DNA from: Orbicella franksi | Taxonomy: Eukaryota | Direction of reading: 5' to 3' | Length of the DNA stretch: 64,000 nucleotides | NCBI GenBank assembly: GCA_964199315.1 | Contig: OZ116705.1 | Coordinates: forward strand, 30,132,001 to 30,196,000 | Shown here: positions 1 through 12,334 of the stretch, piece after piece | Numbering within the stretch: the first letter of the stretch is position 1 | Layout: the number at the start of each line of letters is the position of its first letter | Position numbers and translations under genes: made by a program | Notes under the pieces: model-generated | Told to the model about the DNA's origin: nothing | The model's database searches: none | What the model saw: the letters and a program-made list of their open reading frames with translations, nothing else

Positions 1-659
1 GTATTCGAAACAAATATTTTTTAGGGGATAAATATCTGAGTACGGAATATTTCTCAATAACTGAAGAAAAACACTAAAAAGCCACCTCCCTTGAAAACAA
101 GTTGCCTTAAGTAGAACAATTGCCTTGTAATTCAAATAAAGAGTCCAAAAACATAAGACTAAGCCTAAACAGAAAACTTTTCATGTCAATGCAATCGAAA
201 AACATGAGTAAAATGTCACTATTTTGAAAATTGTTGAAATTAAACAGCGTTTTTAATTTATCAATTGAGACTAACTAAAAATATTATTTTTCCTCATCAA
301 ACGCAAATATTCCTAATGCAAAAGATCAAAACCGATTAACAATAAGCTGATTAGTAGTTTTCGGATTTAAGCGTATTGTTCCCTTTTAATTAAAATATCC
401 TCGGCGGACTCTGATTGTGAAAATATTTACACTTTCTGCGGCGTGTAACGTGTTGCGTGACTCACTGTTAAATATTAATTTGTTATTTGAGGCATTTTGT
501 ATTTTTAAAATGCCAGAACATTTGATGGCTCAAACAAACATTCACGCATTCTCTCATTATTGGTCATTTACATATTCGCTGATCTGTTCATGCGGTCATT
601 CACCTAGGCATGCACTCGATTAATTTACTAATCTAACTTCTCTCGTTATTTCATTTCAG

Positions 660-3600
660 CGGTTTTCTACTCCTCCAACCATATTTGTAACTGCTAGCCA
701 CCAAGTTCCCAAGAGACCTCAGGATGCCATGGCCGTGTGGGTGGAGGAGTTGCACGTGGACAATTTCAAAATTTGTCTCAGAGAAGCAAAGATTTTCGAT
801 GGACCCCATAAAGGCATAAAGATAGTGAGTAAATTTAAATTTCGTTTTCTGTCAGTCGTCAGTCTAATGAACCATGCTCTGCCAAAGATATACACTTCAT
901 CAAAGTTGAATGAAAATCATGATGACCCCTGACTAAAGAGCAGCATTCTAAAATTTTTACATCCGTTACGATGTTACCAAATATATCAGAGGTCAACTTC
1001 CCCTGTGACGTGCCTGATCATCTTCCATTTTCAAGCTGTTCCAGATGAGTCTTTTTTGTACCAGTATGAAACATCAATCGTTGGCTTTCAAAAGAAAACA
1101 ATACAAAGAAAATATGTGTTTGTTAGCTCTTTAATAAACCTCAAGCTACTTGTAGAAACCATGTGGTAGAAAGCGTTGACTGGAAGCAGTTGAATGCAAA
1201 CACAAGGAGAGTTGTTTGTTTTATAGATTTTTTCCTGAAAAAAGGCTAATTATCAACATCTTACTGGGTTTGCGTATCTTGCCGATAATTTCATGTACTC
1301 TTTTACGTTGGTTAAAACAGTCCTTAATTGTGCATGTTTTTATCTCTTTCATAATTGCCAGGTTTTATCTACAATTTCTTTCTTTTTGTTTTCTGCAGAA
1401 TTGGATGGCGTTTACAAATCTGAGTGTTGACAATTTTACCATAACCGACAGTCTCGTGTTTACCAATACAAACGCACCATCTGATCAGGATAACTACGCT
1501 TTCTGTCAAGTAAGAATAATTATTGCCAGCCCGCGGCATTATTGTTTCTTATCTAAATCCTCTTTATAATAGGGCATCAAAAGGGCAACAACAGCCATGC
1601 TATCATAACAATGGAGGAAGTTAAAATTGACTGTTAACATGGACCTATTTGAACTGTGGGCCCACAAAATCTGTCATAAATAGTTTCTGAGACCCAATTT
1701 CATTTTCGGTGATCAATTGATCAAACATACTTTTCCTCTTGTTCAAACAGATGACCTGTACCTCATTAAAACTTCTATTTGGGTTCATTCTTGTTTATCT
1801 GCACCTCTTTGGTTCTAGGGCTAGGGGCATCGTTTGTGTTGTATACCTATTGTTTCGTTTGGCCAATCATGAAGACCCTTGTAAACGGTGCAGGTCGGCC
1901 CTGTTCAAATCAAACCCGCTTTGATTTCAAATCTAAACATTAGAATCAGCGCATTATAAATACCAATACGAATTATTTATCAACCTTACCTCTACAAGAG
2001 ACTCGCGGAAATACAGTCGATATTAAATTATTTTTTTCTTTTACATTGTAGACAGTGAACTTCACAAAACCATTTTATGCTGGTCCTGTTGTGTTAGTGA
2101 CGCCAAAACGCACTGACAACAACAACAATGCGAACCTTTCTGGGTCACGTTGTAACGCTGTCACCGCTTGGGTTGAGGTAAGGAATACCTGTTGTGATCT
2201 TTGTGTGATTTCCGCAAACACTCAGGTAATGGCACAAATATCCCAAGTTCCTCGGGACCCATGAACTTTATATGACATTGCGTAACAACGTAAATATAAC
2301 AGTTTGTATGGGAACATATACATATAACAGCTCGAGATATAGAAACAATAAAAACAATTAGTTTAACTCTTCTGTTTTTTACTTGTGTTTCTATGCTGCT
2401 TTGGGGCCGTTTCAAAGCGATTTCAGTAACTTTTAGTTTCACTGTAACTTTCGTTTATATGAGTTCTTTAAAACTAATCGGGCGGTATAGCAACTTGAAC
2501 CAGGCCGGGTTTAATTCATCTTTGATTTTATTCAGCATACATCTACAACTGACGCACAAGTGTGTGTGAAGAATTACAACAGCGACTCCAACAATAAAGA
2601 TGTTATCACTGTCGACTACATGGTCACTGGAGGTAGGCAAAAAGATTCCATCTGGAGATAGAAAAAACACTTGGTATATTTAGCATTCTCTTTCCTGTAT
2701 GCATTTTCCCCCTCTTCAATGTTGCTCATTGGAGTTATCTTTGTAAAAGCTGGCAAACCCACAGTGGGAGGGCAGAAGTGTGTATAACTATCAAGCAAGT
2801 GTGTACTGAAACAACATCAGATCGTTTCGTGACAATTGTTTATATGTCTTGCCAGACTTGGATCCTTGCATAGACGTGACATGTCATTATCACTGCCTGT
2901 GTAAAGCGTCTGGACCAAATGATGCTCGCTGCGTTGCTGTAGACAGTTGTCCATCCTACCAAGAACCAGTCTGCTCATCAAATGGCACAACATACGACAA
3001 TGAGTGCTTGTTTCGACAGGAAATGTGCATTCAGCGACTGAATTTCTCTGTGCAACACCCTGGTAGTTGTGAAGGTTAGAAATTGTTTTACTCTGAAATT
3101 TCTGACGATGTCGAAGAAGATGATGATGATTACGATTAAAAAACCTGGGAAGTTAATTAAAAATTTTTTTGTACTGATTTGTGTTTTGTACTGTTATTTT
3201 CTTGAAGGATTTCCTTTCCAGCGAGGTCGCCGTCACATGCCACACATTCCTTCACTCGGATATTCTCACTGTGAAGTAATTCGCCTCAAGCCTTATATAT
3301 TTTATCCTGACAAACCACTTGAAGTTCAGATCACTGTCAATCATATTGACACCAGTGACAAGTCATATGTACATGATGCCGCTGTGTCGTGGGTCGAAAA
3401 TGTCAGTTATGATCGATTCACTGCATGTGTGATGGCGGCAGGCTACAATGAGCGGAAATCAAAAGCTAACGTGACAGTTGATTGGATGGCGTACCAAGGG
3501 GCTCCAGTGGGTGGTGTTGCCGGGGAAGTAAGGATATCACAGTGGTGGACTGGAACGACTTGTAAATCTGTCAATTTTCCATCGGTAGGTACTTTTTCGT

Positions 3601-6600
3601 TTCATTTTACAAATCAAGTTCACGAAGAATAAATTCGAATAGCTTACAGTCATCGGAGTTAGTTCAATATAATATGATTTCCTTTGGATCAATGGAGCTA
3701 AAATGTCACGTATCACTCAACCATGAAAGCATTAGCCATCCCTAGATTTCCAAATCTTCGCTAATGTTAAACAGCAGTAAGGCAACAATAACAACAGTAG
3801 TAGCACGAGTAACATCAACAGTAACAGCTTGTGTGTTTTTTTCTATGCAGGGAAGGTTTTCAGTGATACCTTCAGTGTTTGTTACTGCTGCGCACTATCG
3901 TTTAGGACTCAAGCGTGACGCTGCCAGTGTGTGGATTGAAGACGTCACGCAATCCTCGTTTAAAGTTTGTTTGAGAGAGCTTCAGAACTACGCAGGATCT
4001 CACGACGATGTTTATACTGTAAGTGTCTACACCTTTTTTACGTACCAACCATAAGAAACTAATAGATCCTTATCACTTACTTTAGCCTCTTAACACTGGT
4101 CTTTAGCATTGGCAGCTAATTCTCTAGCATACTTTAACATTGGCATATCATACATCAAGAAAAAATATAATCTTGACTTAGACCTTTTCTTATGGTTAAT
4201 TGTCTTGTTAACATTTATTTATATTCTCTTTTAGAAATGGTTGGCGTTTTCTTCTCTCCACAAGCCTCTTTTTACAGAACACAGTTCAGTCTATTTTGCT
4301 AACGCCCAACATCCACCTGCAGATTACAACAATGCCTATTGTAAGGTTGGTATCTTCTTTTTTTACTAGAGAGTTTGCCCAGAATTACGTATACTTTTTT
4401 AAAAATTTCAAGAGTTAGTGTACAGATCCTACAAAACAACGTCAATTTAAACAAAACTGACTCAGTAGGTTATTACAAAATTCCGGTTTGGTGGTGGTTA
4501 AAGCTAGTGGTCAAAGTTGGATTACACTCCGCTTACTTAATGAGAGTTTTTCTTTAGGATATCCGCTTCACTGAAAAGTACAACAGCACCCCGAATGTGT
4601 TTGTTTCGGCGAATCATTCATCTAGCGGTGGAAATCGACAACCAGTACACAATGGAATAACTGCTTGGGTGGAGGTAATTCTGTTTCTTTACTTCTTTAG
4701 GCATTTCCATAGAAACTGCATTTTTGACAAGCCAGTCGAACCAAATCTCATCTATTTGACAGAGTTCTTAGTTTCTTTGAATTTTCTTAAACGTCGATAC
4801 AGAATTAGTTTCGTACCTTTTTACAGCCATTATTTTCCATCAAATTGAATGCCGGGAAAATCGTAAAATCCAAGATGGCGTCTCCAAGACGGCTGAAGTC
4901 ATAATCGACAAAACATTAATTTCATGTTGTACAGAAAGTTGAGGAATATCTGCTACAGGCAAATAATATGATATTGATATGTCTTACCAGAACAAAAACC
5001 CAAGGGAGGTATGAGTTTGCTTTTTCTCCCGATGAGTAAATAATATTCAGAATATTACCGGAAGCGAAGTGAAAATTATCTTTTGGACTAAGAGTCTAGA
5101 AGACCACTGATTATATTTGTTCTTTTTTTGCAGTACATCAATACAACCGATGTGCGAGTTTGTTTAAAAGAATTGTATGACACAAAGTATGATCCACTGT
5201 CTATCTCATACACTGTCCTGTCAGGTACGGACAAAATAGTTCATTTTTAATTTTATTATTCTCTAGATCGGTAGTTTAGCTTTTTTGATATTCATATTTT
5301 ATTAACTTCTATCTCCTACGCTTTTTAAAGGAGCTACGTCACAGTTTGCCCATGTTGAAAAGTTTAGGTTAAATATTTCAAATCCGTCGTTTGTAATCCG
5401 TGTTAACCTCCATTCTGGCCATCCTTGTTCCTTGATTGTTTATTATTACCTCTTTGAAACCTGTATCTTAGTATACGACGATTTTCAGGTCTCTTTCAAT
5501 TTAGTGGTAATTTTTTACGTGGCCAAAAATAACTCAAGATACTGTGACTGTGCCCCTTTAAAAATGAGATCGTATCAGCCTAATTTTTTTCTAGTTTGAT
5601 GGTCAGAAGTTGATTTCATCACAAACGAAGTCCAATGTTTCAGTCAGGAGTAAAGTGCCAAAACATGTAGAGGTTTCTCAGAAACATGACAAGCAACGAT
5701 TTCCTTTAAAAACACTCAAGACATTCTTAATGATTTCTCTTACTTTTTATGGAGTTATTGTTGTTTACATCTACAGACATTTGCCAGCCAGGATGGACTT
5801 ACTTTGGTGGTTATTGCTACTTTTCAAGCCACGCATGCGCCACATGGTTAACCGCTGAGTCAAACTGTTCTGAGATGAACTCTGATCTGGTTACAGTGCA
5901 CAACCAGGAGGAAAACGTATTTATTCAACACCGTCATGCTGGCGATAGATCATGGATAGGGCTGAATGACCGCAGTGTTGAAGGCTCTTTTGTGTGGACA
6001 AACAAAGAAATTAGCAGTTTTAGGTTCTGGGCTCCAAAGCAACCAAACAACTGGAACAACGAAGACTGTGTGCACACTCTTGGCGTGAGGCACGGATATA
6101 CTTGGAATGACGTGCCATGCGATAACTGCTTCAACTTTACTTGCTTTACAGGTGATAAATCTCTTGCTTAATGCGGTTAAAATACATTGTAAACTACTAA
6201 TAAAAAAAGGTAAACTTCCCATCATTTAGTCACGATAATCTTTCGCGCTTTAAAAGGTTCCATGGTTCATTTTCAAAATAATTTATTATAAACCAGTACT
6301 GTAAACACTATTCATGAATTTGATGACTATTTCATGTTTTTTTTCCTAATTTAATTTTTGCAGATCTGGAGGAATGCTCCACCAACACTCATAACTGTGA
6401 CGTGAATGCAGATTGTGTGAATACCGTGGGCTCATATTCCTGTAAGTGTAGAGCTGGATATACCGGAGATGGACAAATTTGCAATGGTAAGAAACCAACC
6501 AATAACAACAAAAAAGTCAAAGATGAATACATTTGATGCTGATGCTGAATGTGATAACAATGTCACTTTATTTTCTGCAACCATGAAATTTCTTCTGCAT

Positions 6601-6887
6601 TAATGTCCTTAGAAGAAAACTGTTAAGTAAAAACCGCTCTTGTGCAATAAGAATAATGATAGACTGAAAAATTCAACCCTTTAATAACCTTTGTTTTTTT
6701 TAAATTTCGATACCGGTGCCAGTGGTTTAGAACCTGGGTAATTGCTGGTTTTCACATGACGTCACTAAAATTCAAGCTGCAAAACTATTGATCTTCCGGA
6801 GATTTTGCTTTAATGATGTATAAGAGCAGCTGAAAACTAATATTCATACAAATTTTCGCTCCGAATGCGTTCTTGGTTTTGTGATAC

Positions 6888-6920
<33 letters not shown>

Positions 6921-9900
6921 CGGCATTTACATGACGGCCTAGAGAGCTGTCATGATGGTTTAAAGTGTGACTTATTTCGGGGAATTTGGCTATCTGAACA
7001 GTTCATGTCTTAGAAAAAGTATTCTTTTAATGTTTTAGAGTTCCTCGAGGGATAAATTCACGCTTTTGTAGCCAAACTCAGTGACAGATGTTTCTGTTGG
7101 TTTCCTGCTGCCATGTTAGTGCCCATACGGATGGGCACCAGCATGGCGTCTCCATACAAATCTCTATAAATCTGGGTAAAATATTTCTCCGCATATTTTG
7201 CATAAGAAAAATTGCTGTGATCAGAATCTTGGCGAGAGCCTTTGCATATTTACCTTCTTTCAATTTCCAGATTCTGGACTTTATTTATTGAACGGTTTTA
7301 ATTTCAGTTGATCTATTTCAATGGCGTGACACTGAAAACCAGCAATATAAATCATCCAAAAGCAGAGAATGAGTTAGAGGTTGTGGAAAGTAAAAGAAAT
7401 CTATTTTTCAGGAAAAGATACTGTCTGTGCTTACCGTAACTGTTCGACGGACTGTCCTCAAGCTGTTTGCTCCTTTGGTGAAATGGTCAGACTAACGATA
7501 ACTCAACTTTTTTCCATATTTACTCCTTTAATCTTGTTTTAGACATGGACGAGTGCTCTTCAAACTCTCATAGCTGTGATGTGAATGCTGTTTGTAACAA
7601 TACTCGTGGGTCTTACACTTGCGCGTGTAAACTTGGATATTCAGGCGATGGCAAAAATTGCACTGGTAAGTTATTTTCACTTACAGGAACTATAAAGTCA
7701 TCAGTTGAAAACAACAACAACAACAACACTGCGAAATGAGTTCAGACGTACTATCATAAAGTAATACTTACATCAATACGAACAAAAACACCTTACTCAA
7801 GAACATATAGAGCACTTTTGGTGAACATGTACAACATAATTTATGTTTGTTTACTAACTTTGCCGTGTTCATTATTATCCAAGTCATCGATGAGTGCGTC
7901 AGCGGTGTACACGACTGCCACCGTTTAGCTTCATGTACAAACACCGTAGCATCCTACACATGTACGTGTAACCAACCTTACACGGGAGATGGGAAAACTT
8001 GCAGGTCATCTGCGCCAGGTGAGTATTTCATGTTAATTGTGCTTCAATTCAGGCTGAAGACGTTCCACCAAACATGATGTCTAAAAAGCAATCAAAAACC
8101 TCAGACTTCGTCAAACCCAACAAACTACTTTCTTTTGTAAAACTGTTTTCAAGAAAAGCAATACGCCAAACTAATTAGGGAACCAATCAGAATTCTCCTT
8201 TCCATCTTGGATCAGTTTGCCATATTGGAAGGACTTACTGCTGAAAATAAAAAAAGGACACGACTCAGTAATGTTGTTTGCTATCTCCTCGCTACTACGG
8301 CACGCTTTAACATTAACATTAACAACACTTAGAAAGGACAGGGGTGGGGTGTGGAGCTAAAAGAGCCCACGTGGACTTAAACAATTAAAAACACTTTTCA
8401 AAATTTCAATATTTACAAAAGCTGTCAAATTTCGTGACTTTATCTGCCGCTGGTTTTTCCATTGAGAATTCTGACGTCGGCGCGGAGCGTTCGTAATGAT
8501 ATTACGTTTTCCTGATAAATACTCTCCGAATATTTTCCTGTTCAGGATTTAAAATCATCTATTAAGAGTATTGATCACTGCGACCCAAAATTTAAAACGA
8601 GATATTCCAGGAAAAAAAAAAAATTAAGCTGCACGATGGAATATAACCACCACATATAAAATATCTTTCCGAACAAACAGTGCATCCAGTTTAGTTAGCG
8701 TCACATTTAGGGTCCAAGCAATGATGGTCATCTTATAACTGGTGAAGATGGCAGTGTTATTTATTCTTAGCAAAACCAACTTTCAACATAGTCCACCAAA
8801 ACAAGTGCTAAGTACAAAATTGATCCAAAGAACGTTCTTATATGTTATTTTTGCAGCGGGTCTTAAATATTCCAGAATTGTGGGAAACAGCCAGAATTTT
8901 TTGACATGGCTGGATAAATGGTTAAAGCCTGTGACTCGCCAATCCTCTTACTGGAATCGCTGTTACCAAGCAACTGTAAATGGCTGGTCTTCCTCTACCT
9001 TCCATTCAAACTGTGACGGCAAAGGTCCAACTGTCACAATAATCCGTGTTGGGAAATATATTTTTGGAGGATATACAAGTCTCTCGTGGAGTAAGTGACA
9101 TGATCAATTTCATCTTATCACAGACAACCCAAGCGCAAGCTGTGAGTCAGCCATGATTATATTTCGCAGTAGCGGTCACGGAGAAATATGGAAAAAGAGT
9201 TTTAAAAAGAATTAAAAAAAGAAATATTTACAATATGATGTGGGATAGTTAAGTGCTAGAGAAAATTCTTAACAAAATGCCTTATCTTACTTCCATGGTG
9301 TATTACTTGCTGTGTTTACGTGCCTCTTTTCTGATTCGTGACGGTTTTAGAGAGATATCGGGATGGAAGAACTTTATAGGAAGCGGTACAACCGCTTCGA
9401 ATCATTAAGCAACGAAACAAAAAAGGTTAATACCAAAGAAAGGCAAATAAGTCAATGATATTAAGAATTTTCTGGATAACTCAACGAGATAAACAGGCCG
9501 ATAGAAACAATTGCATTTTTTAAAAACGCCTTGGTGTTCCTGGCTAACTGACAGCTTTAAAGCTCGATATTAATTTTTATGAAATTTATAAAACAGGGCA
9601 TGAAAATTATGTTCAGTCTGAAATGGGGAGAGCTGTTTCCAGTCTCCCACCAGCCTTGCTTTTCCCAGATTTTAAGTTATTAAAAACTCAGGAGACATTT
9701 AACATAAAGGAGCCGAAGAACTTAAGATTAACACTGCAAGAAATAATGCCGAGCTACAAATAATAGTAAAATTTTGTGGGCCAATCAAATTAACGTTGTC
9801 GGCAATACGTCATTAATGTTGGACTTCTTTTTCCATTGTGTATTTCAAATTAGGTTACAGTTGTGTTGGATATCGCTACGATTCAGCAGCCTTTCTCTTT

Positions 9901-10197
9901 TCATTGGTTAACAAGCCTGGTTGGCAGCCACTAAAGCTAGACCAAACAGGAATCGCTAGTTCTTCCAAAGCACATTCCATCTACAGCTGCTCTTCCTTTG
10001 GACCAACATTTGGAGGAGGACACGGTATTTACATTGCCAACAACGCTGCATCAAACACCAATTCATACTCAAACCTTGGATGGACCTACAGCCCGCCAGC
10101 TGGTTACAGCTATGGATCCTCCTTCACACAATCTTTCCTGGCGGGTGGTTACAACTTCCGGCCTGACGAAGTCGAAGTCTTTTATGAAACTACCTGA
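660..10197 (+). CDS. Copy A: secreted H-type-lectin-like x6 / follistatin-Kazal / C-type lectin / cbEGF x3 / TLDc protein (5'-partial; exons 1-2 upstream of window)
   Basis: Exons 3-18, all with AG/GT boundaries, compatible phases and no stops: 660-824, 1399-1509, 2052-2177, 2536-2632, 2856-3074, 3208-3584, 3851-4018, 4235-4345, 4558-4674, 5134-5224, 5777-6151, 6364-6486, 7543-7665, 7884-8018, 8857-9090, 9854-10197 (TGA). Exon lengths match copies B and D, except that exon 18 is shorter in B. Bases 1-659 align with intron 2 of copy B. Confidence 0.9.
5325..5561. mobile_element. TTAA-flanked MITE (Kolobok-like termini) in intron 12 of copy A
   Basis: TTAA-AGGAGCTACGTCACAGT ... ACTGTGACTGTGCCCCT-TTAA imperfect terminal inverted repeats. 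The element is absent at the same site in copy B (26661, cgctg-ttaa-aaataagat) and in copy D. The superfamily call is inferred from the TTAA target plus AG..CT termini. Confidence 0.75.
6743..7344. mobile_element. 602-bp MITE with 2-bp AT target duplication in intron 14 of copy A
   Basis: TIRs TGCTGGTTTTCA / TGAAAACCAGCA, flanked by AT (6741-6742, 7345-7346). The empty site gggtaATataaat is present in copy B (~27775-27787) and copy D (~55015-55030, minus strand). Confidence 0.85.
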
Positions 10198-11277
10198 AGA
10201 AATCGCGGAGCTTGCAGTATTAGTTTTACACACCCTGTACAGAACAACTAAACCTTTGCAATTATTCAAGTATATATAGAAACTGTTGGCAAATTATAGA
10301 AGCGCAATATAATCAGAAAATTTCAATATCGCCGATGATATCTCAATCAATAGGTTAGTACAAAATCGAGTAGTCACGTATCCTTAGTCGAAGATAAACA
10401 GTTTACTTTGAGCGGCTTACTTGTTTGGTAATTGCCATTAAAGGATGGTTTCATGGCTCCGTGTTATAACAAGCTATAACGTTAGCCGAGCTACTGACTT
10501 CTGCGAGAACTGAATTTCCTTTGAGACTTTATCCTCAGTCACAGTAACAAGGTGATAGCAGTAATGTTTCTTATTAGAATTTCTTACTCTATGTTTTAAT
10601 TAATACCTATATTGTTTATCCACCAATCGAATAAAAGTAGCTAACGTGTGTGTGTGTGTCCAGAGTAAGACCTTAGCCGCCGAATGAAAGAATTTAACGT
10701 TTAACTGACTAAACTGAATTCGTTTGATAAAACGATAAATCCGCTGACATCTTGATAAAATTTGGGCATCAGTCTTTCTGGTTTCACAAATTATAGTATG
10801 TAGTTGCTGAACTACATGTGGCTCAGTAAAAAAAATGAACAAGGTAGTAGTTTATAGTCACGCTATAACTTGTACACGCGCTGAACCGTGAAATTATCCC
10901 TTAAGAAGGAGAATCTTGATGCTGAGTTTCAATTGTTTGAATTCCACGAACATCATACCAGGATAAGTAGCAAGTTACAGGATTCCAGCTGGTTTTGATT
11001 TCTTATTTTATTCAAGTAAAGGGGATTTAGAAAAAGGATATTGAGAAAGTATGATAGAGTAAGCATTTTTTTGTTTTTTTTCTTTGTTTGTAGTAATTAT
11101 GAATTGTCTTTTGAGAGTGCTAACGTAGAAAATAAATACGTGTCAGGCACACCGTTATAAAAGCTTGGAACAATAAAATAGAGCAGGGTGAAAATAACGC
11201 GTTGTTTTGTGTTTGTGTTCGTTCTTATCTAGGCGAAAAGAAATCTTTTTTATCACTGTTATTGAGAATTGTCAAAG

Positions 11278-11375
11278 TCTAATTGCCTCTGCTAAACCTG
11301 CCTTTAGGGAAATCATGGTAGTCGTATCTAATTGCCTCTGTGAAACCCGCCTTTAGGGAAATCGTAGTAGTTGTA
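11278..11375 (+). repeat. 49-bp tandem duplication in the 3' flank of copy A
   Basis: tctaattgcctctg...ctttagggaaatc..tagt.gta occurs twice (11278-11326, 11327-11375); copy B has a single unit (~32093-32140). Confidence 0.8.
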
Positions 11376-12334
11376 TTTAAAGTTTGCAATGAAGTCTTGA
11401 ACTTGTTTCGGTACAACATATGGAAACAACTCTTCAGACGGTGATCAGAGTGATCACTGTGCCAACAATCGCTGAGATAGACCTCAATTCTATCTCAGCT
11501 ATCGTAGCGCGACGGTTGACCATGTAATTTATCACCAAGTGTCCTTAACTTTTATAGCAAGTAAAAGTTTAAAACTCTCTTTTATTTTAAATTTTGCATC
11601 AAAAATTGCTTACGATTTAACAACGATTTCAAATTGACTCGTTTTGCTCTCGACGTCGTGCGTCAGAAATTTAAAGCCGTTAAGAAATGAAAGTGATGTT
11701 AACAACTTCCACAAAAGGCTTTTCTTGGAGTCATGACACTCAACTTTGGACACTGTCGCCTTCCACGGGAGGAAACCGCTCGTACGAGCTTACTTGCCGT
11801 CGATTTTAAAACAACAACAACAACAACAATAAAACGATCGACAGCAAGCGGGGTTATAGCATGAGCAGTGACGAACAGAAGACAACGAAAATTCAGTAAA
11901 GAAAAGCAACCGGATCTTATTACAAAAGATCTTGGAGAAATATAAATAGCCTGCTTGAACAGTTCGCCCGGGCAGGATGTCGTGAGAAGAACTGTCTTAG
12001 CTTACCGGGAAATGCTCGAAGATTCTCTTTGCCCATTTAATAACAGTTCAAAATTCAATTGAGACATAATAACCAAAAGCCTTCTGGTTCGGTCTATGCT
12101 TTATCATATCGCTGAACACGCGTTACAGCGAGCAAATGATTTCTCTAGTAAGTCGATCCCTTGTCACTTTGTTATCGAGGTTTCAATCAAGTTAAAAATT
12201 ACATGTGTTCGTAAGCTAAACAACTCCTTAAACTATGCAGTTCGACGTCATAAAGTGCTTTCTTTTCTTTCACTGAGCTTCGAAAATATGTGTTCTATTT
12301 CTGGCTTTTAAAATAAGTAATGTCTTCCAAAATG

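Noticed and set aside
5934-6225. Antisense and alternative-frame ORFs over the CTL exon (also 27025-27322, 55615-55815) and over the TLDc and Kazal exons
   Set aside because: They are shadows of real exons; they recur only because the exons are duplicated, and their lengths and stops differ between copies.
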